This document shows, piece by piece, positions 14,786 to 25,453 of a stretch of DNA of 64,000 nucleotides. A program made the position numbers and the translations under genes. This DNA comes from an uncultured beta proteobacterium. GTDB taxonomy: Bacteria; Pseudomonadota; Gammaproteobacteria; Burkholderiales; SG8-39. The stretch lies in the NCBI GenBank assembly GCA_963827555.1, contig CAWHBL010000023.1:29568-93567 (forward strand). Direction: 5' to 3'. Each line of letters begins with the position of its first letter. The stretch's first letter is position 1. The notes under the pieces were generated by a model, which did not search any database, was not told the origin of the DNA, and saw only the letters and a list, made by a program, of their open reading frames with translations.

Positions 14786-14848
14786 TGGACTACCCTCGCG
14801 CCAAAACCGCGCTCGGGGTTCGCCCTTGGGGCGGCCCGGCGGGCTCAT
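14781..14848 (-). repeat. Small 63-bp intergenic/coding element at the mutL-miaA junction
   Basis: ATGAGC...GTGAGC direct ends 63 nt apart, in-frame [22 protein letters not shown], short hairpins; only one copy in this window. Confidence 0.5.
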
Positions 14849-16597
14849 CGCCCCCGGAGGAACAGCCGGTCGAGGTCGGCGAGCGAAAGCTGGTACCAGG
14901 TCGGGCGGCCGTGGTTGCACTGGCCGGAGCGCTCGGTTTCCTCCATGCGGCGCAGGAGCGCGTTCATCTCCGGCACCGTGAGCGCACGGTGCGCGCGCAC
15001 GGCGCCGTGGCAGGCCATCGTCGCGAGCAGCTCGTCGCGCCGCTCGGTGAGCACGCGGCTCGCGCCGTACTCCCGGAGGTCCGCCAGCAGCGCCTTCGCG
15101 AGCGCCGGGATGTCGCCGCCGGCGAGCGCGCCCGGGACGCCGCGCACGACGATCGCGGTCGGCGAGAGCGCGGCCAGCTCGAACCCGAGGGACGCGAGCG
15201 CTGCGCCGTGCTCTTCGAGCGTCGCGACGTCCGCCGCGTCGGCGTGGAAGGTCACCGGGATCAGGAGCTGCTGGGTGTTGACCGACGACGCGTCGAGCGC
15301 AACCTTCAGCTCCTCGTAGAGGATGCGCTCGTGCGCCGCGTGCATGTCGACGAGCACCAGCCCGGCGCGGTTCTGGGCGAGGATGTAGACGCCGTGCAGC
15401 TGCGCGACGGCGAAGCCCAGCGGCGTCTCGGCTTCGGCCGGGGCTTCCGCCACTGCGGCGGCAGGACCACTCTCCCGCTCGCGCTCGAACATCGCGCCGT
15501 ACGCGGCGACCGGCTGCGCGACCCCGAGCGAGCGCTGGATACGCCTGCGGACGCGCGACCAACCGTTCGCCGGAGACCGCTGGCGCCGCCATCGGCACCG
15601 GCGTCGCGCCGGCCGCGCCGGCGAGCGCGCGCGAGGCGGCGTGGAACACGAACTGGTGCACCGCCCGCGCGTCGCGGAAGCGGACCTCGGTCTTGGCCGG
15701 ATGCACGTTGACGTCGACGGCGCCCGGGTCGATGTCCACGAACACCACGTACGCCGCATGGCGGTCGCCGTGCAGCACGTCCGCATACGCTTCCCGCAGC
15801 GCGTGGGTGAGCAGCCGGTCGCGCACGAACCGGCCGTTGACGAAGACGTACTGTGCGTCGCGGCCGCCGCGCGCCTGGTCGGGCGCGCCCAGGTACCCGT
15901 TCACGCGCAGTCCCGGCACCTCCGCGTCGAGCTCCCGCGCGGCGCGGCGGAAGTCGTCGCCGAGAACTGCAGCGACCCTGGCGGCGGGCGGCGCCGCCGG
16001 GTAGTGCCGGGTCACGCGGTCGCCGTGTCGCAGCGTGAGCGCGACGTCCGGGCGGGCGAGGGCGACGCGATCGAAAGAGTCGGCGCAGTGCGCGAGCTCG
16101 GTCGGCTCGGACTTCAGGAACTTCCGCCGCGCCGGCGTGTTGAAGTAGAGGTCCGCGACCTCGACCGTGGTGCCGAGCGGGTGCGACGCCGGTTCGGCCG
16201 CGCCAGGCGGACCGCCCGCGGCGGCGATGCGCCAGGCGTGCGCGGCGCCGGCCGTGCGCGAGGTGACCGCGACGCGCGCGACCGAGGCCATGCTCGCCAG
16301 CGCCTCGCCGCGGAAGCCGAGCGTCGCGACGCGCTCGAGATCGGCAAGCGTCGCGATCTTGCTGGTGGCGTGGCGGGCGAGCGCGAGCGGGAGCTCGTCC
16401 GGCGGGATGCCGCCGCCGTCGTCGGTCACGCGGACGCGCTTCGTGCCGCCCTGCTCGAGCGCGACGGTGACCGCCTGGGCACCGGCGTCGAGGCTGTTCT
16501 CGAGCAGCTCCTTCACCGCCGAGGCCGGCCGCTCGACGACCTCGCCGGCGGCGATCTGGCTGACCAGCGTGTCGGGCAGGAGCCGGATCGTCGTCAT
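14845..16597 (-). CDS. mutL: DNA mismatch repair protein MutL (frameshift near 15550)
   Basis: [47 protein letters not shown]; C-terminal [19 protein letters not shown]. Confidence 0.95.
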
Positions 16598-17097
16598 TGC
16601 TGCTCGACCACGTCCTCGACCGCCCCGCCGGTGATGCGGACGAGCTCGTCCGGCGTCAGTCGGAAGACCGTGTGGGGATGCCCGGCCGCCGCCCAGATCT
16701 CCGCGAAGCCGAGCAGGGTGCGGTCGACGAGCGTGCGCACCGGCGCGACGTGGCCGACCGGCGCGACGCCGCCGATCACGAACCCGGTCGCCGCGCGGAC
16801 GAACTCGGCGTCGGCCTTGCCGATCGTCTCGCCGACGACCGCGCCGACGCGCGCGACGTCGACCCGTCTGGCGCCGCTCGCCATCACCAGCAGCGGCGCG
16901 CCGCTCGAACCGCAGCGGAAGACGAGGGAGTTTGCGATCTGCGCCACTTCGCAACCGATCTGCTCGGCCGCGGCGCGCGCGGTGCGCGCGGCGGCCGACA
17001 GCTCGACGATGTGCGTCGCGACGCCGGCGGCGGCGAGCGCCGCGCGGACGCGATCGACGGCGGGGTGATTCGAGAGGGTTCCTGCGGACACGGTCAC
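16594..17097 (-). CDS. YbaK/EbsC family aminoacyl-tRNA deacylase
   Basis: ARTARAAAEQIGCEVAQIANSLVF, TGFVIGGVAPVGH, WAAAGHPH. Confidence 0.9.
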   Translation of the reverse strand: MTVSAGTLSNHPAVDRVRAALAAAGVATHIVELSAAARTARAAAEQIGCEVAQIANSLVFRCGSSGAPLLVMASGARRVDVARVGAVVGETIGKADAEFVRAATGFVIGGVAPVGHVAPVRTLVDRTLLGFAEIWAAAGHPHTVFRLTPDELVRITGGAVEDVVEQQ

Positions 17098-17134
17098 CGG
17101 GAATTATATGGCCCGCCGATACAATGGGCGCCTC

Positions 17135-17776
17135 ATGGAACTCGTCGCCTTCTTCTGGGACCTGCTGGTCCATCTCGACCGGCATCTCGCTGCGCTGCTG
17201 CAGCAGTACGGGCCGTGGATCTATCTGCTGCTCTTCGTGATCGTGTTCTGCGAGACCGGGCTGGTCGTCACGCCCTTCCTGCCGGGCGACTCGCTGCTGT
17301 TCGTCGCCGGGACCCTGTGGGCGGCGGCGGGAATGGACGCGCGCGTGCTGGCCGCGACGCTCATCACGGCGGCGCTCTGCGGCGACAACGTGAACTACTG
17401 GGTCGGCCGCTATCTCGGGCCGAAGGTGTTCCGGTGGGAAGGATCGCGGTTCTTCAACCGCGCCGCGCTCGACCGGACGCACGCGTTCTACGAGCGCCAC
17501 GGCGGCAAGACGATCGTGATCGCGCGGTTCGTCCCGCTCGTGCGCACGTTCGCACCGTTCGTCGCCGGGGTCGGCAAGATGAGCTATCCGAAGTTCCTCG
17601 CCTTCAGCATCGGCGGCGCGCTCCTGTGGGTGGTGTCGCTCGTCGGCGCCGGGTACTTCTTCGGCAACATGCCGGTAGTGCGGAACAACTTGACGATCGT
17701 GATCTTCGGCATCATCGCGCTGTCGCTCGCGCCGATCGCGCTCGAGTACTTGCGGGCGCGGTCGCGGGCGCGTTAG
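17135..17776 (+). CDS. dedA: DedA family membrane protein
   Basis: VFCETGLVVTPFLPGDSLLF, GDNVNYWVG, IARFVPLVRTFAPFVAG. Confidence 0.93.
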   Translation: MELVAFFWDLLVHLDRHLAALLQQYGPWIYLLLFVIVFCETGLVVTPFLPGDSLLFVAGTLWAAAGMDARVLAATLITAALCGDNVNYWVGRYLGPKVFRWEGSRFFNRAALDRTHAFYERHGGKTIVIARFVPLVRTFAPFVAGVGKMSYPKFLAFSIGGALLWVVSLVGAGYFFGNMPVVRNNLTIVIFGIIALSLAPIALEYLRARSRAR

Positions 17777-17905
17777 TCGAGCCCCGGTCCCGCCGGAAAC
17801 CGGCCATCGCCGCCGGAGTCGGCTTGACAGCTTGACCGCCCGCCCGTAGCGTTCGGTCGAACCAGAACAAGGCCAACGGCCGGTCACCCAAGGAGGGAAA
17901 GTCCC

Positions 17906-18866
17906 ATGCGCAGGCTCGCGCTCGTGCTGCTGCTCGCCGTCGGGATGATCCCGGTCGCGCGGGCCCAATGGCCGGATCGCCCGGTCACCATCATCGTGCC
18001 ATGGGGCGCTGGCGGCGCCGCCGACCAGCTCTCGCGCGCGCTGGCTCCGCTCCTCGAGAAAGACCTGAAGGTCCCGTTCAACGTCGTGCTGCGGCCCGGT
18101 GGAAGCGGCGCGGTCGGCCACACCGCGCTCGCGCAGTCGAAGCCCGACGGCTACACGTGGGGTCTCGCCACGGTCGAGATCACGATGATGCATTGGCAGG
18201 GGCTCGCGACGATCCAGCCCAAGGACTTCACCGTTGTCGCGATCATCAATGCCGACGCGGGCGGTCTCATGGTGCGCACGGAGTCGCCGTACAAGACCGC
18301 CCGGGAGCTGATCGACGACATCAAGAAGCGGCCGGCGGGCGCGCTGAAGGCGTCGGGGACGGGGCAGGGCGGCATCTGGCACCTCGGACTGGTCGGCTGG
18401 CTGCTGGCCGAGAAGGTCGATCCGAAGAAGGTCCCGTGGGTGCCGAGCCAGGGCGCCGGGCCGGCGATGCAGGACCTCGCCGCCGGCGGCGTCGACTTCG
18501 TCACCGCGTCGCTGCCGGAGGGCCGCGCATTGATCGACGCCGGCAAGGTGCGCGCGCTGGCGCAGATGGACGCGAAGCGGCTGTGGCTCTATCCGAACGT
18601 GCCCACGATGAAGGAGGCGACCGGCACCGACTGGTCGGTGCTCACCTGGCGCGGTTTCCTCGGGCCGGCCGGCGTCCCGAACGACATCCGGGACAAGATG
18701 CTCGTCGCGCTCCGCAAGGCGCACCAGAGCCAGGAATTCCAGGACTTCATGAAGCAGCGCGGCTTCGGCGTCGCCTGGATGGAGCCGGCGGAAGGAACGG
18801 CGCACATCATGACGCGCGAGCGAGGATTTCGGCCGGATCATGAAGGAGGCGGGGCTGATCAAGTAG
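17906..18866 (+). CDS. tctC: Tripartite tricarboxylate transporter substrate-binding protein (Bug/TctC); frameshift near the 3' end
   Basis: WPDRPVTIIVPWGAGGAAD, PDGYT, PNVPT; native end IMKEAGLIK* in a shifted frame. Confidence 0.88.
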
Positions 18867-18888
18867 GCGCGGGCGCGAGCCGCGCCAG

Positions 18889-19369
18889 GTGAAAGTCTCC
18901 GACCTTCTCGTCGGTCTCGCGTCGGTCGTCTTCGGCCTCGCCGTCCTCGGCTACGGCGTAACGCTCCCGCCGATGCCGGGGCAGCGTTACGGCGCCGGGC
19001 TGTTCCCGATCCTGCTCGGCGCGAGCTTCGCGATCTGCGGCGCGCTGGTCGCGCACAAGGGGTGGCGCGAGCGGCGCGACGCGCATGCGCCGCTCGTCGC
19101 GCTCGCGGACTGGGCGCGCGATCGCTACCTCGTCGGCAACCTGCTCGTCGTCCTCGGGCTGATCCTCGTCTACGTCGTCTTCTCGGAGCGCATCGGGTTC
19201 ATTCCGCTCTCGATCGCGATCCTGATCGCGCTCTTCCTCCGGCTGCGGGTGCCGCCGGTCCGCAGCGTCGTCATCGCGGTGGCGGCGACCGCGTTCATCT
19301 ACGTCGCGTTCGCGCCGCTTCCTCCGCGTGCCGCTGCCGCGGGGGCTGCTCGAAGGGATCGTCTGGTAG
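18889..19369 (+). CDS. tctB: Tripartite tricarboxylate transporter TctB (frameshift near 19315)
   Basis: Four-TM protein with YGAGLFP; ends LRVPLPRGLLEGIVW* in a shifted frame; lies between tctC and tctA. Confidence 0.85.
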
Positions 19370-19372
19370 GCC

Positions 19373-20851
19373 ATGGACGTCCTCCTTGCCGCGCTGAAGC
19401 TGCTCGCCGACCCATACGTGATCTTCCTGATCATCGCGTCGTCGCTGTTCGGCCTCTTCGTCGGCGCGATCCCCGGCCTCACCGCCGCGATGGCGATCGC
19501 GCTCCTCGTGCCGGTGACGTTCTTCATGGCCCCGGTGCCGGCGCTGGCGGTGATCGTGACCACCGCCGCGATGGCGATCTTCGCCGGCGACATTCCCGGC
19601 GCGCTGCTGCGGATACCGGGAACGCCGGCGTCGGCCGCGTATGCCGACGAGGCGTACGCGATGACGAAGAAGGGGCAGGCGGAGCTCGCCCTCGGCGCGG
19701 GCGTGGTGTTCTCCGCGATCGGCGGCATCCTCGGCACCATCGTCCTCGTGACTTCGGCGCCGGCGCTCGCCGAGGTCGCGCTCAAGTTCAGCTCGTTCGA
19801 GTACTTCTGGCTGGTGTGCCTCGGCCTCACGTGCGGCGTCTTCATCGCGCGCGGCTCGCAGACGAAGGCGGTGATGTCGCTGCTGTTCGGTCTCTTCGCC
19901 GCGACCATCGGCATGGAGAACCCGGCCGCCTACCCGCGGCTCGCCTTCGGCTCGGTGGACCTGGGTGCGGGGATCGACATGATCCCGGCGATGGTAGGCA
20001 TGTTCGCGATCGCCGAGATCCTGCGCGTGGTGAGCCAGGCGAGCGTGCACGTGCCGCCGGTGTACGGCGCGAGCGGGCCGATCTTCGCCGGGCAGTGGGG
20101 GCTGATCAAGCGCTATCCGAAGCAGTGGTTGCGCGGCTCGGCGATCGGCACGCTGGTGGGGGCGCTGCCCGGCGCCGGCTGCGACATCGCGGCGTGGATG
20201 GCCTACGGCAGCTCGAAACGGTTCTCGAAGGAGAAGGAAAAGTTCGGCACCGGGCACGTCGAGGGCATCGTCGAGTCCGGCGCGGCGAACAACGCCTCGG
20301 TTTCCGGCGACTGGATCCCGGCGCTCGTGTTCGGCATTCCCGGCGACTCGATTACCGCGATCGTGATCGGCGTGCTCTACCTCAAGGGCCTCAACCCCGG
20401 CCCGATGATCTTCCAGAACCAGCCGGAGATCGTGACCGCGGTCTTCATCGTCTTCTTCATCGCCAACATCCTGATGGTCCCGTTCGGCTGGCTCGCGATC
20501 AAGTCGTCGGTGCACATCCTGCGCGTGCCACGGCCGGTGCTGATGCCGATCATCATGATGTTCTGCATCGTCGGCGCGTTCGCCATCACCAACAGCGCGT
20601 TTGCCGTGGCGGTGATGCTCGTGTTCGGGGTGCTCGGTTTCCTGATGGAGGAGAACGGCTTTCCGGTCGCGCCCGCCATCCTCGGCATCGTGCTCGGGCC
20701 GATGCTGGAGAACAACTTCTTCAACTCGATGATCAAGGCCGACGGCGCGATCTGGCCGTTCTTCGAGCGCCCGATCGCGGGCGGGCTCGGCGTAGCGACG
20801 CTCGCGGTGTGGGGCGTGATGGTCTGGTACGGCTTGCGGCGGCGCGCCTGA
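19373..20851 (+). CDS. tctA: Tripartite tricarboxylate transporter permease TctA
   Basis: GAIPGLT, IPGTPASAA, ESGAANNA, FGIPGDS, APAILGIVLG. Confidence 0.93.
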   Translation: MDVLLAALKLLADPYVIFLIIASSLFGLFVGAIPGLTAAMAIALLVPVTFFMAPVPALAVIVTTAAMAIFAGDIPGALLRIPGTPASAAYADEAYAMTKKGQAELALGAGVVFSAIGGILGTIVLVTSAPALAEVALKFSSFEYFWLVCLGLTCGVFIARGSQTKAVMSLLFGLFAATIGMENPAAYPRLAFGSVDLGAGIDMIPAMVGMFAIAEILRVVSQASVHVPPVYGASGPIFAGQWGLIKRYPKQWLRGSAIGTLVGALPGAGCDIAAWMAYGSSKRFSKEKEKFGTGHVEGIVESGAANNASVSGDWIPALVFGIPGDSITAIVIGVLYLKGLNPGPMIFQNQPEIVTAVFIVFFIANILMVPFGWLAIKSSVHILRVPRPVLMPIIMMFCIVGAFAITNSAFAVAVMLVFGVLGFLMEENGFPVAPAILGIVLGPMLENNFFNSMIKADGAIWPFFERPIAGGLGVATLAVWGVMVWYGLRRRA

Positions 20852-20876
20852 GCGGCGGGCGCCGCGCGAGGACCGG

Positions 20877-22150
20877 TCAGTTCCGCTGCGTCTTCGCGGC
20901 GGCGGAATTCTCCGGCGGGTCGCTCGCGGCGACCGTGCGCGCCGCGGCGCTCTTCGCGAAGTAGCTCTTGATGCCGGCGAGCACCGCGCGTGCCAGCCGG
21001 TCCTGGTAGGCGGAGTCGCCGAGCCGCTTCTCCTCCTCCGGATTGCTGATGAACGCCGTCTCGACCAGGATCGAGGGAACGTCCGGCGACTTCAGCACCG
21101 CGAATCCCGCCTGCTCGACGTGCGCCTTGTGCAGCGTGTTGATCTCGCCGAGCTCGGCGAGCACCGCGCGGCCGACCTTGAGGCTGTCGTTGATGGTCGC
21201 CGTCTGCGACAGGTCGAGCAGCGTTTCGGCGAGGTACCGGTCCTTGACCGGGAGGTTGACCCCGCCGATCAGGTCGGCTTCGTTCTCCTGCTTCGCGAGC
21301 CAGCGGGCGGTGGTGCTGGTTGCGCCGCGCTCGGAGAGCGCGAACACCGACGACCCGCGCGCGTGCGGCAGCAGGTACGCGTCGGCGTGGATCGACACGA
21401 AGAGATCCGCCTTGACGCGGCGCGCCTTGTCGGCGCGCGCCGCGAGCGGGATGAAGTAGTCGCCGTCGCGAGTCAGGACGGCGCGCATGCCGGGCTCGGC
21501 GTCGATCAGGTTCTTCAGCTTGCGCGCGATCGCCAAGGTCACGTGCTTTTCCGAGGTGCCGCGCCGACCGCGGGCGCCGGGATCCTCGCCGCCATGGCCG
21601 GCATCCACGACGATCGTCAACATGCGCGACGCAGGCGGCCTGGCACCGGCCGGCGGCGGCTTGCGCGGCTCGGCGGCGGGCGGGCGGCTCGGCCGTCTCC
21701 TTCCGCTGCAGGAGCGCCATCAACGGATCCGGCGGGACGACCGGGTACACGTCGATCACCAGTCGGTGACCGTACTCGCCGATCGGCTTCAGCGTGAACA
21801 CCTGCGGCTTCGCTTCGCCCTTGAGGTCGACGACGAGGCGCACCGCCCCCGGCTTGAACCGGCCGGCACGCAAGCCGCTCACGTAGGGATCCTCCGCGCC
21901 CACCTTCTTCGCGGACTGGTCGACGATGCTCAGGAAATCGACGTTCTCGAGATCGAGGACGAGGCGCTCGGGATTCTTGAGCGTGGTCAGCTCGTAGCGG
22001 AGCTCCGCCCCGGTCTCGATCGTGACGCGCGTGTAGTCCTGCGACGGCCACACGCGGAGGCTGCGGATCCGCTCGTCCGCGCCGGCCGTAGCGGGCGAAA
22101 GGAGAGCGAAACCGACCGCGATCAGCGTCCGGAGTAGGCGCGCGCCAGTT
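20877..22150 (-). CDS. amiC: N-acetylmuramoyl-L-alanine amidase with AMIN domain (start approximate; frameshifts near 21650)
   Basis: RVWPSQDYTRVTIE AMIN domain; VDAGHGGEDPGA, FVSIHADA, SILVETAFISN; downstream of tsaE. Confidence 0.9.
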
Positions 22151-22604
22151 CCGTCAGGCTGACGCGCCCGGGCTCCGTCGCCGCTTCGAGCGTCGCGTCC
22201 CGCCCACCCCCGGGCGGCGTGGCGAGGCGAACGAGGAGATCCGGGGGCGGCAGCAGCCCGGCCGCTTTCTCGGGCCACTCCACCAGGCAGATCGAGCGCT
22301 CGTCGAAGCACTCCCTGAAGCCCGCATCCCGCCATTCGCCAGGTTCTCTGAACCTAAAGAAATCAAAATGGTACAAGCTTAACCTAGAATCGACGTAAGG
22401 TTCAACCAGGGTATACGTCGGACTCTTCACTTTGCCCGCGAATCCGAGCCCCGTGAGCACCCCGCGCGCGAGAGTCGTCTTCCCGCTGCCGAGATCGCCG
22501 GAAAAGTGGGCCGACATCCCGGGTTGCAGCACGGCCGCGAGCCGTTCGCCCAGGCGCCGCGTCGCGCGCTCGTCCGCGAGATGAATGCTTAACGGCGCTA
22601 ACAT
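22122..22604 (-). CDS. tsaE: tRNA threonylcarbamoyladenosine biosynthesis ATPase TsaE
   Basis: GDLGSGKTT, VKSPTYTLVEPY, YHFDFFR, LVEWPE. Confidence 0.95.
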   Translation of the reverse strand: MLAPLSIHLADERATRRLGERLAAVLQPGMSAHFSGDLGSGKTTLARGVLTGLGFAGKVKSPTYTLVEPYVDSRLSLYHFDFFRFREPGEWRDAGFRECFDERSICLVEWPEKAAGLLPPPDLLVRLATPPGGGRDATLEAATEPGRVSLTELARAYSGR

Positions 22605-22612
22605 GGCTGCGG

Positions 22613-23677
22613 ATGACTGAAGCGTCCGCGCGCACCGACCTCGCACCGCTCGCCGCGGCGATCAAGTCGTGGGGCGTCGAGCTCGGTTTCCAGGCGGTGG
22701 GGATCGCGAATGCGGATCTCGGCGCGGCCGAGGCGCGCCTCGCCGAGTGGCTCGCGCGCGGGTTCCATGGCGAGATGGATTATATGGCGCGCCACGGCGC
22801 CAAACGCGCGCGGCCGGCGGCGCTGGTGCCGGGCACGCTGCGCGTGATCAGCGCGCGCATGGACTACCGGCCCGCGGCGGCCGACGCCGAGGCGACGCTC
22901 GCTGACCGCTCGAAGGCGTACGTCTCGCGCTATGCGCTCGGCCGCGACTATCACAAAGTCCTGCGCGCGCGCCTCCAGCGGCTCGCCGACCGGATCGAGG
23001 CCGAGGTCGGCGAGTTCGGCTACCGCGTGTTCACCGATTCCGCGCCGGTGATGGAGGTCGAGCTCGCCGCGCGTGCGGGGCTCGGCTGGCGCGGGAAGCA
23101 CACGCTCGCGCTCACGCGCGAGGCGGGGTCGTTCTTCTTCCTCGGCGAGATCTACACCGACCTGCCGCTGCCGGTCGATCGCCCGGTCACCGAGCATTGC
23201 GGCACGTGCACACGCTGCATCGAAGCGTGTCCGACCGGCGCGATCGTCGCCCCATACGAGCTCGACGCGCGGCGGTGCATCTCGTACCTCACGATCGAGC
23301 TGAAGGGCGCGATCCCGGAGCCCCTCCGGCCGCTCGTCGGCAACCGGGTCTACGGCTGCGACGACTGCCAGCTCGTGTGTCCGTGGAACAGGTACGCGCA
23401 GACGAGCCCCGAGCCCGACTTCGCAGTGCGCCACGGCCTCGACGCAGCGAGCCTCGTGGAGCTCTTCGAGTGGCCCGAGGAGACGTTTCACGCCCGGCTT
23501 GCCGGCAGCGCGATCCACCGCATCGGCTACGAGCGCTGGTCGCGCAATCTCGCGGTCGGGCTGGGCAACGCTCCGACGACGCCCGCGGTCGTCGCGGCGC
23601 TACGTGCCCGCGCCGACGATCCGTCCGCGCTGGTGCGCGAGCACGTCGCCTGGGCGCTCGGGCGGCACGGCGCTTAG
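22613..23677 (+). CDS. queG: Epoxyqueuosine reductase
   Basis: SRYALGRDYHKV, CGTCTRCIEACPT, RRCISYLTIE, YGCDDCQLVCPWN. Confidence 0.96.
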   Translation: MTEASARTDLAPLAAAIKSWGVELGFQAVGIANADLGAAEARLAEWLARGFHGEMDYMARHGAKRARPAALVPGTLRVISARMDYRPAAADAEATLADRSKAYVSRYALGRDYHKVLRARLQRLADRIEAEVGEFGYRVFTDSAPVMEVELAARAGLGWRGKHTLALTREAGSFFFLGEIYTDLPLPVDRPVTEHCGTCTRCIEACPTGAIVAPYELDARRCISYLTIELKGAIPEPLRPLVGNRVYGCDDCQLVCPWNRYAQTSPEPDFAVRHGLDAASLVELFEWPEETFHARLAGSAIHRIGYERWSRNLAVGLGNAPTTPAVVAALRARADDPSALVREHVAWALGRHGA

Positions 23678-23681
23678 AGCA

Positions 23682-24491
23682 CTACGACCGCGGGTCCGGA
23701 ACGAACCTTCCCGCAGGGAAGGGATTGGGCGCCGACACCGGCGCCGTTCCCGGGATGATCCCGCGCGCGACGAGGTTCGCGCGCGTGTCGTAGTGGATCG
23801 CGATCGTCTCGTTCGGGACGCTCGTCGCCCGACGGAACTGCGTGTAAACGACGTCGGAGCGCTCGCGCTCGCCGTGACCGGTGCCGATCTTCTCCTGCCG
23901 CCGGAGCGCGCGCTCGGCGGCGGCGTTCTCGGCCGGGGCAGAGGCGGCGGGCGCGCCGGCGGCATCGGCGGACGACTCTGCCTCCCGCGCCGCGCCGTCC
24001 GACCGCGCGTACGGCCGCGGCTGCGGCAGGACGGCGGGGCGCGGCGGCCGGAACTCGCGGAACACCGCGACGCCGATCACGCCGACGTTGTCCGGACGGT
24101 CGGTCCGCGCCGCGTAGCTGTCCGGCAATTGCGTGAAGTAGAACGCCGCGACCTCGCTCGTGCTCTTGCGCCAGCCGGCGATCTCGAACGACTGGTGGGC
24201 GCCGAGGACGTAGCCGTTCTGGTCGGGGCTCGCGGTTTCCCCGGTGACGGCGTTGATGCCGTCGACCGAGACCACCGCGAGCACACGCCCTCCGGTGCGG
24301 TTGGCGACGTGGACCGCGTAGCGCTCCCCGGGCGTGCCGGCCACGTAGAGCCGGCCCTGATGGTGATAGACGGGCGCGCGCTGACCGGTCGCCCGGCTGA
24401 TCACGGCCACGTCGAGCAGCTCCCCTGCGGCGGCCGGGAGGGCGACACCGGCAAGGCAAAAAGCCGCAACCGCGGCGATGGCTGACTTCAT
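23682..24491 (-). CDS. Conserved exported protein downstream of the ECF sigma/anti-sigma pair
   Basis: Signal peptide MKSAIAAVAAFCLAGVALPAAA; VSVDGINAVTG, GWRKS, SYAARTDRPDNVGVIGVAVFRE, GTGHGE; RBS ggggag. Confidence 0.82.
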   Translation of the reverse strand: MKSAIAAVAAFCLAGVALPAAAGELLDVAVISRATGQRAPVYHHQGRLYVAGTPGERYAVHVANRTGGRVLAVVSVDGINAVTGETASPDQNGYVLGAHQSFEIAGWRKSTSEVAAFYFTQLPDSYAARTDRPDNVGVIGVAVFREFRPPRPAVLPQPRPYARSDGAAREAESSADAAGAPAASAPAENAAAERALRRQEKIGTGHGERERSDVVYTQFRRATSVPNETIAIHYDTRANLVARGIIPGTAPVSAPNPFPAGRFVPDPRS

Positions 24492-24525
24492 GGCGTTTGC
24501 TCCCCTCGTTCGGATCGACACCGGG

Positions 24526-24555
24526 TGAAACGGCGCCCGGCCCCGGTCGGGGTTA
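24526..24555 (-). promoter_or_regulatory. Putative ECF-sigma promoter TAACCC-N17-CGTTTCA
   Basis: Same bipartite motif and spacing as at 26064-26093; lies upstream of the exported-protein gene. Confidence 0.65.
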
Positions 24556-25453
24556 GCGAGCGAGGTCGGTGGGGAGCTGAAAGTCCGGATACGCGCGCCG
24601 GAATTCGGCGAGCTCGGCCGTCGCCTCCGCCTCGCGGCCCTGCGCCCGGAGGCTCCGGATGTGGTCGATCCACGCTTCCGGGGTGCGGATCGCTGACGCG
24701 TCGCGCGATGCGCGCTCCGGGCGATCGCCCAGCGCGCGGTCCCGCCGCAAGGATTCCGATGCGGCGCCGGCGGGCGCCATCTGCCGCGCGGGTTTCGCCG
24801 CGGACGGGGGCGCGGGAGGGGGCGCTGGAGCGGCAAGCGGAGGCGCGGCGGCCGGCTGTGGTGCCTGACGGCGCATCTCGAGCTGCCCGGGCGCGACGGG
24901 CGCGGGCTCGCGCCGCAGCGGGTTGCTGCGCTTCGAGCGTGGGCTCCTCGCGCTTCTGGTTGGACGCGGGCGGCCTCGGCGCCTTCGCCCGATCCGGCGG
25001 ATCCGGAACTCGCGCCGCCGCGGCATCCGGTTCCGGACTCCGTGGCGCCGGCGGCGGTGCCGCCGGCGCCTGTGCCGGAGCTACAGAACGGGCTGCAGCC
25101 TCCGGGGTGCTCGCCGGCGCCGGCCGCTCCGCTTCGCGCGGCGCGACGATCATCGGGGCGGCGCCGCGACCCGCGTCGTCGCGGGGACGTCGTTCCTCGT
25201 CCTGCACCATGACCGTCAGCGTCGCGGCGATGACGACGGTCGCCGCCACGGACAGCGGTACGCGCCATCGTGACGCCCAGGAGCGACGACGCTTTTCGTC
25301 GGCCGCCTGCTGCTCGAGCGATTGCGGTCGCGTGCCGACGGCGCGCCGCGCCGCGGCCCGGATGCGCTCGTCGAGCTCGGGCGGCGGCTCGTCCCGCGGC
25401 GTCTCCCGGTACGCCCGATCGACGTTCGGATCGCGGAAGTCGGGGTCGGTCAC
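24553..25453 (-). CDS. Putative anti-sigma factor (single TM, low-complexity linker; frameshift near 24920)
   Basis: EPPPELDERIRAAARRAV, WRVPLSVAATVVIA TM, C-terminal WIDHIRSLRAQGREAEATAELAEFRRAYPD; GTGA overlap with the sigma gene. Confidence 0.78.

Noticed and set aside
14573-18862. 1429-aa ORF on the minus strand
   Set aside because: Chimeric reading: an antisense shadow of tctC/dedA runs into the true MutL N-terminal frame; not one gene
11800-21700. Frameshifts in ggt, miaA, mutL, tctC, tctB and amiC as programmed frameshifting or pseudogenes
   Set aside because: Scattered single-base indels in conserved genes with no slippery-site pattern; sequencing error is the simpler explanation
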